Assembly (NCBI GenBank): GCA_036507075.1
Contig: DASXQR010000140.1
Coordinates: forward strand, 1 to 20,420
Reading direction: 5' to 3'
DNA: 20,420 bases
From: Acidobacteriota bacterium
Lineage (GTDB): Bacteria; Acidobacteriota; UBA6911; JACQSX01
Below the pieces are notes generated by a model. It did not search any database. It had not been told where the DNA came from and saw nothing but the letters and a program-made list of their open reading frames with translations. Shown here one piece after another: positions 6,618 through 16,275 of the stretch (its first letter is position 1; each line of letters starts with the position of its first letter). The position numbers were made by a program, and so were the translations under genes.

Positions 6618-9023
6618 ATGACCCCTCGGAAGGCCGGCGTTGCGCTCTTACTGCTTTGCGCCGCCGCCTCTTCTTCTCCTGGTTTTACACAGCAACCCGA
6701 TTCCCGTTCCAATCCATCCCTGAGCCGGGCTCAAGCCCTGTTTGACGCCCGCAACTTTGCGGCCGCAGCAGGCGAGGCGCAGCGCGTGTTGGAAGCAGAG
6801 CCGGACAACACAAGGGCGTGGAAACTGGCCGGATTGGCGCTCCAACTCTCCCGCCGCCTGGGCGAATCAGAACAGACCTTCTCAACAGCGGTGGCCAAAT
6901 TCTCCCGTGACGCCGATCTCTGGTTCTGTTTGAGCCGTGTTCAATATCTGAACCACAAACTGAAAGAAGCACGCACTTCCGTGGAAGCCGCTCTTCAACT
7001 CCAGCCCGGCCATGCCGATGCGCACACGCAACTGGCAATGATCTTCGAAGCAAGGCAGGAATATGACAGGGCGCTGCAGAGTTATGATCGGGCCATCGAA
7101 TTGGACCGCGTCCAATCCCGGCCGGTGCTTCTGCCGCTGATGAATTCCGGCCGCCTGTTGATGAATCTTGGACGCCTGCAGGAGAGCCTGGACCGCTTCT
7201 CACATGCGCAAGAACTCGATCCTCAGTCAGACCAGCCGCTGATCTGGCGCAGCAAAATCCTTGAAAGGCTCGGCAAAACGCGAGAAGCGCGGGAAGAGTA
7301 CCGGCGCGCCCTTGCCTTGAAGCCCGATTCCGAAGCGGCCCGCCTGTTGGACCGAATTCCGGAGCGACCCGGCGGAGGCACGACGGTGAGGCCTGCCCTC
7401 CCGGCGACCCCGATTCGCTTTCGCGACATCGCATCCGCTGCCGGTTTGAACTTCACGCTGCTGAACTCGGCTTCTTCCAGAAAATACCAGGTCGAACCGA
7501 TGACGGGAGGAGTTGCCGCGCTCGATTACGACAACGATGGGTGGGTCGACGTTTATTTCGTCAATGGCGCCGAGCTGCCGTCCCTTCAGAAAACTTCAGA
7601 GCGCTTCTGGAATCGCCTGTTTCGAAATAATCACGATGGAACCTTCAGCGACGTTACCGCGGCCGCTCGCGTACAGGGGCAGGGCTACGGCATGGGCGTG
7701 GCGGCGGCAGACTACGACAACGACGGCCTGCAGGATATTTTCGTTGCGGGTGTGAACAAAAACATTCTCTACCGCAACGGCGGAGACGGCGCGTTCACCG
7801 ATGTCACAGCCAGGGCCGGAGTGGAAGGCATTGACCCGACCAGAGGAAAAATGTGGTCGGTGGCCGCCGCATGGTTTGACTATGACAACGACGGCAAGCT
7901 CGATCTCTTTGTGGTGAATTACTGCGGCTGGAACCCTTCGATCGATCCCTATTGCGGCGATTTGCGACCGGGATATCGGACGTATTGCTTCCCGGACCGC
8001 TTCGAAGGCCTGCCCAGCCAGCTCTACCACAACAACGGCGACGGCACCTTTACCGATGTTTCGGCGCAGAGTGGAATTGCGTCGCATATCGGAAAGGGAA
8101 TGGGCGTGGCTGTCGCCGACTTTGACCAGGACGGACGGATGGATGTATTCGTGGCCAACGACACCCTGCCGAATTTCCTTTTCCACAACAGCGGCAATGG
8201 TCGGTTCGAGGAAGTCGGGCTGCGGGCAGGGGTCGCTTTGAATGAAACGGGCACTCCGCTCTCGAGCATGGGCGTGGATTTCCGTGATTATGACGATGAC
8301 GGGCGTCCGGATCTGATCGTTTCCGCTCTCGAAGGGGAAACGTTTCCGCTGTTTCGAAATTCAGGAAATGGTTTTTTCACGGATGAAACCTACTCCAGCG
8401 GTCTTGGCTTGCACACCGTGAAGAAGAGCGGCTGGAGTCTGGGTTTTTACGATTTCAACAACGATGGAAGCAAGGACTTGTTCAGCGTCAACTCACACGT
8501 CGATGACAACATCGAGCTTTACAACGAGCAGACGTACCGGCAGAGCAACAGCGTTCATGCCGGCCTTCATAACGGCAAATTCCAGGATGTCTCAGCGGCT
8601 TCCGGCGAGTCGCTGCAGACCCAGCGGGCGCATCGCGGCTGCGCCTTTGCCGATTTTGACAACGACGGGAGAGTCGATATCGTTACCACTTCGCTGAATG
8701 ATCCTGTGGAGCTGCTTCGCAATGAATCCCCGGCGGCAAATCACTGGCTGATGCTTCATCTGGTGGGCAAACAAAGCAACCGCGACGGCATCGGCGCCCG
8801 GATCAAAATAATCTCCGAATCCGGTGTCATCCGGTACAACCATGTCACCACCAGCGTCGGCTACGCCTCATCCAGTGATCGCCGCGTGCACTTCGGGCTG
8901 GGCAAGGACAAACGCGTGAAGATTTTGGAAATTCGGTGGCCAACCGGGATAGTACAGGTGTTAAAGGATTTAGGAGTGGATAGGTTGGTCGTGATCGGGG
9001 AGGGAACAAGGGCCACAAATTAA
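6618..9023 (+). CDS. Exported TPR-repeat + CRTAC1/FG-GAP (VCBS) + ASPIC/UnbV protein
   Basis: Signal peptide MTPRKAGVALLLLCAAA, N-terminal TPRs, repeated D(Y/F)DNDG..D(L/I) motifs, and the C-terminal signature SNRDGIGA...GYASSSD.RVHFGLG...IRWP.G. Start moved to ATG 6618 because the upstream extension is repeat DNA. Confidence 0.9.
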   Translation: MTPRKAGVALLLLCAAASSSPGFTQQPDSRSNPSLSRAQALFDARNFAAAAGEAQRVLEAEPDNTRAWKLAGLALQLSRRLGESEQTFSTAVAKFSRDADLWFCLSRVQYLNHKLKEARTSVEAALQLQPGHADAHTQLAMIFEARQEYDRALQSYDRAIELDRVQSRPVLLPLMNSGRLLMNLGRLQESLDRFSHAQELDPQSDQPLIWRSKILERLGKTREAREEYRRALALKPDSEAARLLDRIPERPGGGTTVRPALPATPIRFRDIASAAGLNFTLLNSASSRKYQVEPMTGGVAALDYDNDGWVDVYFVNGAELPSLQKTSERFWNRLFRNNHDGTFSDVTAAARVQGQGYGMGVAAADYDNDGLQDIFVAGVNKNILYRNGGDGAFTDVTARAGVEGIDPTRGKMWSVAAAWFDYDNDGKLDLFVVNYCGWNPSIDPYCGDLRPGYRTYCFPDRFEGLPSQLYHNNGDGTFTDVSAQSGIASHIGKGMGVAVADFDQDGRMDVFVANDTLPNFLFHNSGNGRFEEVGLRAGVALNETGTPLSSMGVDFRDYDDDGRPDLIVSALEGETFPLFRNSGNGFFTDETYSSGLGLHTVKKSGWSLGFYDFNNDGSKDLFSVNSHVDDNIELYNEQTYRQSNSVHAGLHNGKFQDVSAASGESLQTQRAHRGCAFADFDNDGRVDIVTTSLNDPVELLRNESPAANHWLMLHLVGKQSNRDGIGARIKIISESGVIRYNHVTTSVGYASSSDRRVHFGLGKDKRVKILEIRWPTGIVQVLKDLGVDRLVVIGEGTRATN

Positions 9024-9124
9024 CACGAATTGCACGAAGACTTGGGGCGCGAATTGGTGCGAATTGCAGGAACGTCCCATATTTATGCGCGCTCTCTTCG
9101 TGCAATTCGCGTTAATTCGTGGCC
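9011..9124. repeat. Family-G palindrome (CACGAATT units), arms complementary at 28/30 positions
   Basis: GGCCACAAATTAACACGAATTGCACGAAGA (9011-9040) against TCTTCGTGCAATTCGCGTTAATTCGTGGCC (9095-9124). Confidence 0.9.
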
Positions 9125-9242
9125 AGGGGCCCGTGAATTGAGCCAACTCTAACGAAGATCTCGGACGCCCTAATTGACATGATCTACCAACTCCGGCCGC
9201 GGAATTGAAGTATTAACCTCGAACTACCCGATAACAAACAGA

Positions 9243-9272
9243 AATTCGTGCAATTCGCGTCAATTCGTTGCC
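9243..9272. repeat. Additional family-G arm upstream of the GxxExxY gene
   Basis: AATTCGTGCAATTCGCGTCAATTCGTTGCC closely resembles 9095-9124. Confidence 0.85.
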
Positions 9273-9336
9273 TAATTCTTTGGCTCGAGCAGAAGATTTT
9301 TTCGCAGAATCGGCCGCTGCCCCGTTTTGTATATTC

Positions 9337-9759
9337 ATGGAAATATTTTTCAAGGACCTTTCCTATTCGGTCGTCGGCGCGTTGATGGAAGTGCACCGGG
9401 TTTTGGGTCCCGGATTCCTGGAGAAAATTTATTGTGAGGCTGTCAGTTACGAATTAAGCCAGCGTGGATTACTGTTTGAAAGGGAGGTGGCAGTTGCTGT
9501 GCTTTACAAGGGTCAGACAATGGGAGATTACAGATGCGACTTCGTAATCGAAAAATCACTGATACTGGAGATAAAGGCGATTTCGCGCCTGACCAAAGCA
9601 CATCAGGCCCAAGCTCTTAACTACCTGGCCGGAAGCGGAATTCAATTGGCTATTCTGGCGAATTTCGGAGCATCCTCGCTGGAGTACCAGAGGGTTGTCC
9701 GAAAGTCCGCCGAGCTCGGAGCGACGCCGACAACCTCTACACCGGCCTGTCCGGGGTGA
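9337..9759 (+). CDS. GxxExxY protein (PD-(D/E)XK nuclease superfamily, PDDEXK_3-like)
   Basis: 140 aa. EVHRVLGPGFLEKIY (GxxExxY motif), YRCDFVIE...LEIKA (D...ExK), H.AQ.LNYL...G...AIL.NFG. Confidence 0.92.
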   Translation: MEIFFKDLSYSVVGALMEVHRVLGPGFLEKIYCEAVSYELSQRGLLFEREVAVAVLYKGQTMGDYRCDFVIEKSLILEIKAISRLTKAHQAQALNYLAGSGIQLAILANFGASSLEYQRVVRKSAELGATPTTSTPACPG

Positions 9760-9760
9760 A

Positions 9761-9861
9761 ATTACGCGAAGTGCACGAATTTCACGAACCCTTTCAATCA
9801 GTTCGTGAAATTCGTGTTAATTCGTGAAAATTCGTGACCTGAAATTCGTGTAATTCGTGGT
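9761..9861. repeat. Family-G palindrome/tandem cluster between the convergent GxxExxY and TonB receptor genes
   Basis: CGCGAA/CACGAATTTCACGAA units at about 9765-9789, followed by six (AA)TTCGTG units at about 9802-9860. Confidence 0.88.
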
Positions 9862-9865
9862 CAAC

Positions 9866-12800
9866 CTACCAGATGAACTTCACCGCCAACTGAATATTCC
9901 GCGGATAGCTCACGTCCGTGTTTCCGGCCTGCCAGGGGAACATGCTTCCGAAATTCCCGTTGTTGATGTCCCTGTTGAAGTAGACGCGATCGTACTGATA
10001 GGTGTTGGTGACGTTGAATGCTTCCACTCGGAACTGGATCTTCGTCGTCTCGGTGATATTTGTCATCTTGTTGATGGAGACATCCCAGATCGGAACGGAA
10101 TGACCTCGGAGCTTCGATTCGCGGAACGAGGAGAGCCTGGGCGCATAACGCGGCAGCCGCAGAAAGTCATAGTTGTCTTTTGTGCAGCCCACCAGAGTCG
10201 CGCTGTAAGGCTGCAGCGTGATGCTCCCGTCGTTGTTCATGATGGCGACACAGGCGGCGTTTGGTTTCTTCGGGTCCTGATCCGGATAATTGCGCACACC
10301 CCAAACTTGAGGTGCGTGCCAGTCAATCTGGCTGCGATCCAGATATGCCTCTTTTCTCACGGCAATCGCATTGCCACCCGGTCCTTCCCAGGGACGGCCC
10401 GCCTGCCACTGCAGTATGATCGTGTTTTCCCATCCGCTGAAAACGCGACTCCAGAGACCGTGCGAAGTATTCAACCATCGCTGGCCGGCGCCGAACGGCA
10501 ACTGGTAAACACTTCCTACGGTGAAACGATGTGGCCGCTCCCAAACGTACAGTCCTCGTTGCTTAACACCTTTTTGGACATCGTTCCAGCCCCACTCTTC
10601 AATCTGTTTCGAGAACGTGTAGGTCGAAACGATGTTGAGGCCATGCTTTGTCCTTTTCTCGAACGTCGCTTGAGCGGAGTCGTACCAGATATTCCCGTCG
10701 TTGCGGGCTTGTTCGGTGAGACCGCCAAAATGGGGATACGGCCTGGCTAAATCAAAACGCGACACCGTCCGGGCGCCGAAAAACGTCGTCCCGCGGAACT
10801 CCTCCAGGCCAAAGAATGGGTTTGGCAGAAGCTGATCACAAAACCCCGGGCTGCCGCCCTCCATCGGATTGCACTTCTGTCGGAAGGCCAGGCTCGGTTC
10901 ATTGAAAGCACGCTCTGTCTGAAGCCTCCTGGTCCGATTCCCGACATAAGAAATCTCAAGTTTTGATTCCCACGGCATTTGATACTGAAAACCGAAGGAG
11001 AATTGATGAACATACGGCACCACAAAATTATCACCAACAAACTGGAAGCCTCGTCCAAGGAATGTGGCAAGTCCCAGCGAGCTTCCCGGAGGAACCTGCA
11101 CCCCATTCGGGAAGGGGTCGTTTATCGTAAACTTGTCACGTGGAGTGCGGTTGTCGTCCAGTGAGCCGATGAAATCCGTCGTCAACTGGAAACCATTGAA
11201 CCGAATGTAATCATTGTTCGGATTGACATAATAAATTCCCCAGCCACCGCGCATTACCAGCTTCTTGTTCACCAGATACGCGAATCCGAGGCGCGGCTGG
11301 AAGTTGTTCCAGTCGATGTCGGAGGCCCTTTTTGGAACGCCATTCACGCCGGCGAATCTTAATCCACCCTTCAACTGCGGCAAATCGGGGAACTTTGTGC
11401 GATCGATCAACTTATCAACCGGGCTGACCACCGTGGGATCAAACCCGCGATTCAGACGGTTGTAGCGCTCGTCGGGAGATATGTTGACATCCCATCGTAT
11501 CCCCAGGTTCAGGGTCAGACGTGGATTGACCTTCCAGTCATCCTGGAACCAGGGCGCGTAGTACGGGAACATATTAGTGGGAAACAGGTTGTAATCAATG
11601 CCTCCACCGGTGGGTATTCCAAGCAGGAAAGTCGCAATTGAATCGCCACTCAGCGCATCGCCTTGGTTGAATACGCGCTGCGTAAAGGCACGGTTTGCCG
11701 TTAACCGGAACGGATTCCCCATGTTGTTCTGGATGTACTGTGTCCAGCGCATGTCGATGCCGCCTTTAAGTGAATGCGCGTTCCATATTTTGGTTAGGTT
11801 CGGATGGAACGCCCACGTATTCGTGATATTGCGGCTCCGGTGGCGTCCCAGGGTCATGTAGTTGCTGAACTCGTAGCGGCCAAACCAAGCCCCGTGTGGT
11901 ATCTGGCTGATGAGACTGGCCGGGAAACCGAGGGTAGTCTTGTCGAACCCTACATTACCACGTCCAAAACCGTCTTCTTCAAAACGGTTCCAGGAAACTC
12001 GTCCGTTCAAAATGAATGTCGGGCTCATGGTACCGACATAATCAAATACCTGGGTGTAGTTGATTCGTTGGAAAGGCTGCTGGCCGGTCTGCCCCGGTCC
12101 TTCGATAACGCCGTTGTCAGCACGATCCTCGGTTCTGGAATTATGCGCAAAGCGACCAAAGAACCGGTGTCTCTCGTTCAGGTTCTGATCAATCTTCAAA
12201 ACCCAGTTATAGAAGCTGTCGCCCGCGATGTTTGGAGAAATAAAGAGATTGCTCTGTGAATAAGCCTGGCCGCCGGTTCTGGTGTTGGGCTTCGGCATGA
12301 AGCTCAGGATTTTTTGTGAAATCGGATTAAGCCGGTCTTTCGGGATAATGTTCCCAGGAAATGGCGTTCGGATCCAGTTTCCGCTTGAATCCGCGCGGCC
12401 GGTGGCAGGATCGTAGATGACGATCGGCCTCCCGGCAGCATCGACCAGTTTGCTGAAATCACCTTGCAGCATTTCGGGCTCGGGAACGGAAATCGTCAGC
12501 GGGCTGGGAACGCCTTCACGATAGCCCTCGTAATTGAACATGAAGAAGGTTCTGTCCTTGCCGTTATAAAGCTTCGGCAAATAGACCGGTCCCTCGAACT
12601 GCCAGCCGTATTGATCGAGGTAGTGTCCGGCACGGGGAAATAGTTCGGTTCCATCAGAACTTCGGCCTCTGGCCTTATTGCGAAAGTCGTTGGCGTCCCA
12701 CGGATTCCTGCGGGCAAACTCATAGGCCGTACCGTGGAATTTGTTCGTCCCGCTGCGCAGCGAGACATTGATGATGCCGCCCGTTGTCTTTCCGTACTGG

Positions 12801-13498
12801 GCATCGTAGGTGTTAGTCATGATCTTGAATTCTTCAACCGAGTCTACTGGTGGGACATATGCGATGTTGTTCCCTCCCGCCTGCCCGTTGTTCGGCGCTC
12901 CATCGAGGAGGAATTCATTTCCGCGCGACTGGCTTCCGTTGATGGTCCATTCGGCAATCGCGCCGTTATCGAAGGGACGCTGCCAGATGGCCGCGCCGTT
13001 GAAAAGTACGCCCGGCGTCAGGATTCCCAGCATGAAGGGATTGCGCGCGTTCAGCGGAAACTCGCGCACGCGCTGGTTGTCAATCACGCCGCCGCGGTCG
13101 GCATTGGCCGATTCAATCAGAGGCGCCGCGCCAGTGACCGTAACGCTCTGCGAAATCTCGCCGATTTCAAGCGTGGCGTCGATGGTTGCGACCTGGCTGA
13201 TGCCGAGTTCAATTCCCTCACGCACGTATTTCTTGAAACCTGATAACTCAACGCTCAGGGTATAGATGCCGGGCTTGAGAAAGGGAACTTTGTAATTGCC
13301 TCCGTCATCCGTGATCGTTTTGGTCGTTTCATTGGTGCCGACATTGGTCACCTGCACTTCAGCCCCTGGAATGGCGGCGCCGGAAGCGTCGAGGACCCGA
13401 CCGGTGATCGTGGCGCGGAAATCTTGCGCCAGGCTCATGGTGCAAAAAACAGCAGCCACGATAATGAGCGGAATGGAGTAACGGATAACTTTACTCAA
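9866..13498 (-). CDS. TonB-dependent outer-membrane receptor with an N-terminal carboxypeptidase-regulatory-like domain (acidobacterial type)
   Basis: 1210 aa. Signal peptide, ITGRVLDASGAAIPGA, plug motif DSVEEFKIMTNTYDAQYG..GG, barrel motif QDDWKV..RLTLNLG.RWD, C-terminal PRNIQLAVKFIW. TTG start with AGGAGG at 13505-13510. Confidence 0.95.
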   Translation of the reverse strand: MSKVIRYSIPLIIVAAVFCTMSLAQDFRATITGRVLDASGAAIPGAEVQVTNVGTNETTKTITDDGGNYKVPFLKPGIYTLSVELSGFKKYVREGIELGISQVATIDATLEIGEISQSVTVTGAAPLIESANADRGGVIDNQRVREFPLNARNPFMLGILTPGVLFNGAAIWQRPFDNGAIAEWTINGSQSRGNEFLLDGAPNNGQAGGNNIAYVPPVDSVEEFKIMTNTYDAQYGKTTGGIINVSLRSGTNKFHGTAYEFARRNPWDANDFRNKARGRSSDGTELFPRAGHYLDQYGWQFEGPVYLPKLYNGKDRTFFMFNYEGYREGVPSPLTISVPEPEMLQGDFSKLVDAAGRPIVIYDPATGRADSSGNWIRTPFPGNIIPKDRLNPISQKILSFMPKPNTRTGGQAYSQSNLFISPNIAGDSFYNWVLKIDQNLNERHRFFGRFAHNSRTEDRADNGVIEGPGQTGQQPFQRINYTQVFDYVGTMSPTFILNGRVSWNRFEEDGFGRGNVGFDKTTLGFPASLISQIPHGAWFGRYEFSNYMTLGRHRSRNITNTWAFHPNLTKIWNAHSLKGGIDMRWTQYIQNNMGNPFRLTANRAFTQRVFNQGDALSGDSIATFLLGIPTGGGIDYNLFPTNMFPYYAPWFQDDWKVNPRLTLNLGIRWDVNISPDERYNRLNRGFDPTVVSPVDKLIDRTKFPDLPQLKGGLRFAGVNGVPKRASDIDWNNFQPRLGFAYLVNKKLVMRGGWGIYYVNPNNDYIRFNGFQLTTDFIGSLDDNRTPRDKFTINDPFPNGVQVPPGSSLGLATFLGRGFQFVGDNFVVPYVHQFSFGFQYQMPWESKLEISYVGNRTRRLQTERAFNEPSLAFRQKCNPMEGGSPGFCDQLLPNPFFGLEEFRGTTFFGARTVSRFDLARPYPHFGGLTEQARNDGNIWYDSAQATFEKRTKHGLNIVSTYTFSKQIEEWGWNDVQKGVKQRGLYVWERPHRFTVGSVYQLPFGAGQRWLNTSHGLWSRVFSGWENTIILQWQAGRPWEGPGGNAIAVRKEAYLDRSQIDWHAPQVWGVRNYPDQDPKKPNAACVAIMNNDGSITLQPYSATLVGCTKDNYDFLRLPRYAPRLSSFRESKLRGHSVPIWDVSINKMTNITETTKIQFRVEAFNVTNTYQYDRVYFNRDINNGNFGSMFPWQAGNTDVSYPRNIQLAVKFIW

Positions 13499-13682
13499 AA
13501 GGCACCTCCTGCTGCCGCAGCAGCCCCTGGAAAGAGAAGCGGATGTTTTTTCAGCGACAATAACCCGTTGCCGTCCTGGCCGGTGAAACAGGCCACAAAC
13601 AGTAACAAATGTACTTTTTGGAAAGCTTCCCTGCTTCTGTCAAACGCCCCATTCAATCTGGACAGCTAGAGAAGTAGCCACA

Positions 13683-13711
13683 AAATTACCGCGCCAAGCC
13701 GCGTTTGTAAA
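13683..13711 (-). promoter_or_regulatory. Possible sigma70-type promoter for the TonB receptor
   Basis: Minus strand reads TTTACA-N17-TAATTT, about 185 nt upstream of the start codon. Pattern match only. Confidence 0.35.
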
Positions 13712-13778
13712 GTCACTTTCGCTACGCAACTTGATCCACTTTTTTGGATGAAAGGCGGGGGTTTCGATGGGCCGCTTC

Positions 13779-13867
13779 GAGCACGAATTTTCACGAATTC
13801 ACACGAATTTCACGAATCCATGAAATAACTTCGTGAAATTCGTGGAAATTCGTGGAAATTCGTGCTC
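13779..13867. repeat. Family-G palindrome, four CACGAA units against four TTCGTG units
   Basis: GAGCACGAATTTTCACGAATTCACACGAATTTCACGAA ... TTCGTGAAATTCGTGGAAATTCGTGGAAATTCGTGCTC. It lies just downstream of the metallohydrolase stop. Confidence 0.92.
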
Positions 13868-13875
13868 ATTGAATT

Positions 13876-16188
13876 CTACGGCTCCTCGGATTCGGCTATG
13901 ATTTTTCGATAAACTTCGCGCGCGGCGTCGTAGGCTTTGCGGGCCTGATCGAGCTCGGCTGCGGAAATTTTGGGCGCTTTCTGTGTCCAGCACTGGTTGA
14001 CCGCCGCCAGACACCACTCGGCACTGCGGCGCGACGCGCGGATCGGCTTGTCGCCGACCAGCACGAAAACAGGATTGGTGTGCGACGACGGAAAAATTCG
14101 CAGCGCAACCCAACTGCTCTTCTTGATGGGAATGTCAAAATGAACATTCTGGATCTTGCCATCCGCCAGAATATTCCGCTTTGCCACGACCTGGCCATTG
14201 ACAACCACTTCCACAGGAACTTCGCGTCCGGTTCCGCCGCTGATGCGTGCGCGCTCCAGACTCCAGTACGGCTTCTGATCCAGCGGCAGCCTGGCAACTA
14301 CCGGATCAGGATGGTTCTCCAAGTACGCGGCCACGGAAGCGTCCACTTTTACGGTCTCCGGCCCCGCCAGCTTCAGCTCGCTGCCGCCGGTTCCAACGCC
14401 ATTTCCGTTAACCCTGAAATCCATTAAATGGCTCTTGCCGTCAGAAACGTAAGTGCGGCCGTCGCGGATAGCATTGACGAAGCCCGCGTATGTGAGGCGT
14501 CCGTCTACTTTTGCGTATGACCTTCCCTGTCCCACTTTTTCATCCGTAATACAGGGGAAGTCGGTTTCGCCGCTGATGCGCGCGCGAAAACCGGAGTTGA
14601 GCGTGTGGTACCAGATATTCAGCTCGGAAATGATCGGCGTATCTCCCGCCGATATGAAATCAACCGTCTGCGGCGTGGTCACATCGACGATGTACTCGTT
14701 GGCGCCGATGCCGTCAAAGCCCGGCATCTCATAATTGGGCAGCCTGGTCGTCTTCACTTCCAGCCCCCAGCCGGAATGGGCAAAACCGGTCACCGCTCCC
14801 TGTCCCTTCCCCCACCGCAGGATCGGCCAATCCCAACTGGGCCAGTCTTCGATCCTGCGAGTGCCCGGATAATCCTGCTCCTTTAAGCCAAGCAGCACCA
14901 GGTGCCCGGCGTGACTCGAAGGAAAGCCCGAAACCTCCAGATCGTAGTGGATCAACTGGTCGGCGGTGGAAAGCGGATGGTCCTGGCCGCTAAAAAACTG
15001 CTTCTGATAGTAGTAGCAGGGGCCCCACGTGAGCACGCATCCCACATTGAGCGCCTCTCCCAGGATCTGCGCCCACATGTCCCGCGGCTGCACACCCTGT
15101 GTCGGATTCTCGTAATGAGAACAGCCGGCGGCGTGGATGTGATGATCGCCTGAATACCACCCCTGTTTTGAAGGATCGATCCAGCGCCGCAATGACATCG
15201 AGAGTTCGCCCGGCCCGCTCACATTCAGTTCCTTGGCCAGCGTTAGATACTCGGGTCCCCGCGAGGCGGTGACTGTGTAGACGCCCGGCGGCAACAGGAC
15301 GGTTTCTCCGTCGGCGCGATAGATCTGCGGTTGAAATGGAAGATCGGGGGCGAGTCGCTTTGAAGGATTCGGATAGATTCGACTCAAAGCATCTCGAATG
15401 ACCAGAGCTGCGGTTGCCGGCTTGTCGTTCTCATCCCGCACATGCAGCCGGACCGGATAAGCGGGCGCCGCCTGAAACAACACATCCAGCTCGCTGCGAA
15501 AGCCGAGGTCCTCGGTTCCCTGCCCCACATGAAAACGAAGGACTGCGGAACGCTGGCCGGTATCGCGGCTGAATACCTGAAGAACCGCGTACTCGATGCC
15601 CAGACCGGAAAGCTTTTCCCGCATCGGAGCCTTGGTGTAGAGAGAAATCTCAGCCCATCGATCCCGCACATCAGCGGGCGTTACTCTCATCGGCGGTTCG
15701 GGACTTCCTCCGCTGGTCCGGCTCGGAAGAGATACGGGTCCGCTATTGGGACTTTCCACCACCAAAGGGCTCGTAATTCCAGCCTGATTGACGACCTTCA
15801 CCAGAAACAACCGTGTTCCTGCCTGCGCGACATCAGGACGCGCCGCTCCCTGGCTGACTTTGACGCGGCTTTCAGGATTGATTTCCACGACGGCCAGCAC
15901 ATGTTTGTCCAGGACGTCCTGAAGCTTCTGCACAGCCACGCCTTCCTCGGCTGCAGCGATCGCTTCATTGATGTCTCTCTGCTCGGAAGCGGTGAACGGC
16001 TGCCCCAGGTAATCGAGCGTCGTTTGAACGCGCCGCACGTGCTGGGCCAAAGGCTGCAACGGCACTTTCAGGACGGTTGGATGGTGATGTTCGGATTGCG
16101 CCTGGCGGGCAAGAGCCGGCCCTGACAGAATCCCAAACAAAGATAATGCCGTGGTAAAACGGCACAATTGCGGTGGGAAAGGCTTCAT
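13876..16188 (-). CDS. CehA/McbA-like (PHP-type) metallohydrolase, exported
   Basis: 770 aa. Signal peptide, GWYSGDHHIH, HAGHL, GFAHSGWG, WYHTLNSGFR...SGETDF, AIRDGRTYVSDG, HTNPVFV. AGGAGG at 16195-16200. Confidence 0.85.
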   Translation of the reverse strand: MKPFPPQLCRFTTALSLFGILSGPALARQAQSEHHHPTVLKVPLQPLAQHVRRVQTTLDYLGQPFTASEQRDINEAIAAAEEGVAVQKLQDVLDKHVLAVVEINPESRVKVSQGAARPDVAQAGTRLFLVKVVNQAGITSPLVVESPNSGPVSLPSRTSGGSPEPPMRVTPADVRDRWAEISLYTKAPMREKLSGLGIEYAVLQVFSRDTGQRSAVLRFHVGQGTEDLGFRSELDVLFQAAPAYPVRLHVRDENDKPATAALVIRDALSRIYPNPSKRLAPDLPFQPQIYRADGETVLLPPGVYTVTASRGPEYLTLAKELNVSGPGELSMSLRRWIDPSKQGWYSGDHHIHAAGCSHYENPTQGVQPRDMWAQILGEALNVGCVLTWGPCYYYQKQFFSGQDHPLSTADQLIHYDLEVSGFPSSHAGHLVLLGLKEQDYPGTRRIEDWPSWDWPILRWGKGQGAVTGFAHSGWGLEVKTTRLPNYEMPGFDGIGANEYIVDVTTPQTVDFISAGDTPIISELNIWYHTLNSGFRARISGETDFPCITDEKVGQGRSYAKVDGRLTYAGFVNAIRDGRTYVSDGKSHLMDFRVNGNGVGTGGSELKLAGPETVKVDASVAAYLENHPDPVVARLPLDQKPYWSLERARISGGTGREVPVEVVVNGQVVAKRNILADGKIQNVHFDIPIKKSSWVALRIFPSSHTNPVFVLVGDKPIRASRRSAEWCLAAVNQCWTQKAPKISAAELDQARKAYDAAREVYRKIIAESEEP

Positions 16189-16275
16189 AAAGTACCTCCT
16201 TTACGGCCGGGGAATGGGTTCATTGTAAACGATAATGAGTTTTATTAGAGTAACTCAAGATCTTGGTGTCTTTGT

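Noticed and set aside
9857..10750. 297-aa plus-strand ORF and other long antisense ORFs (3458-4099, 6685-7434, 15442-16125)
   Set aside because: They overlap well-supported genes on the opposite strand, which is expected in GC-rich DNA.
13638..13643. Perfect TTGACA hexamers (minus strand here, plus strand at 9174-9179) as promoters
   Set aside because: No acceptable -10 element at 16-18 nt spacing.
13779..13867. Repeat clusters as a CRISPR array
   Set aside because: Units are 7-10 nt and arranged as inverted arms, with no unique spacers of constant length and no cas genes.
16236..16257. TGAGTT-N10-AACTCA as an operator
   Set aside because: The 6-bp arms occur once in AT-rich DNA and cannot be told apart from chance.
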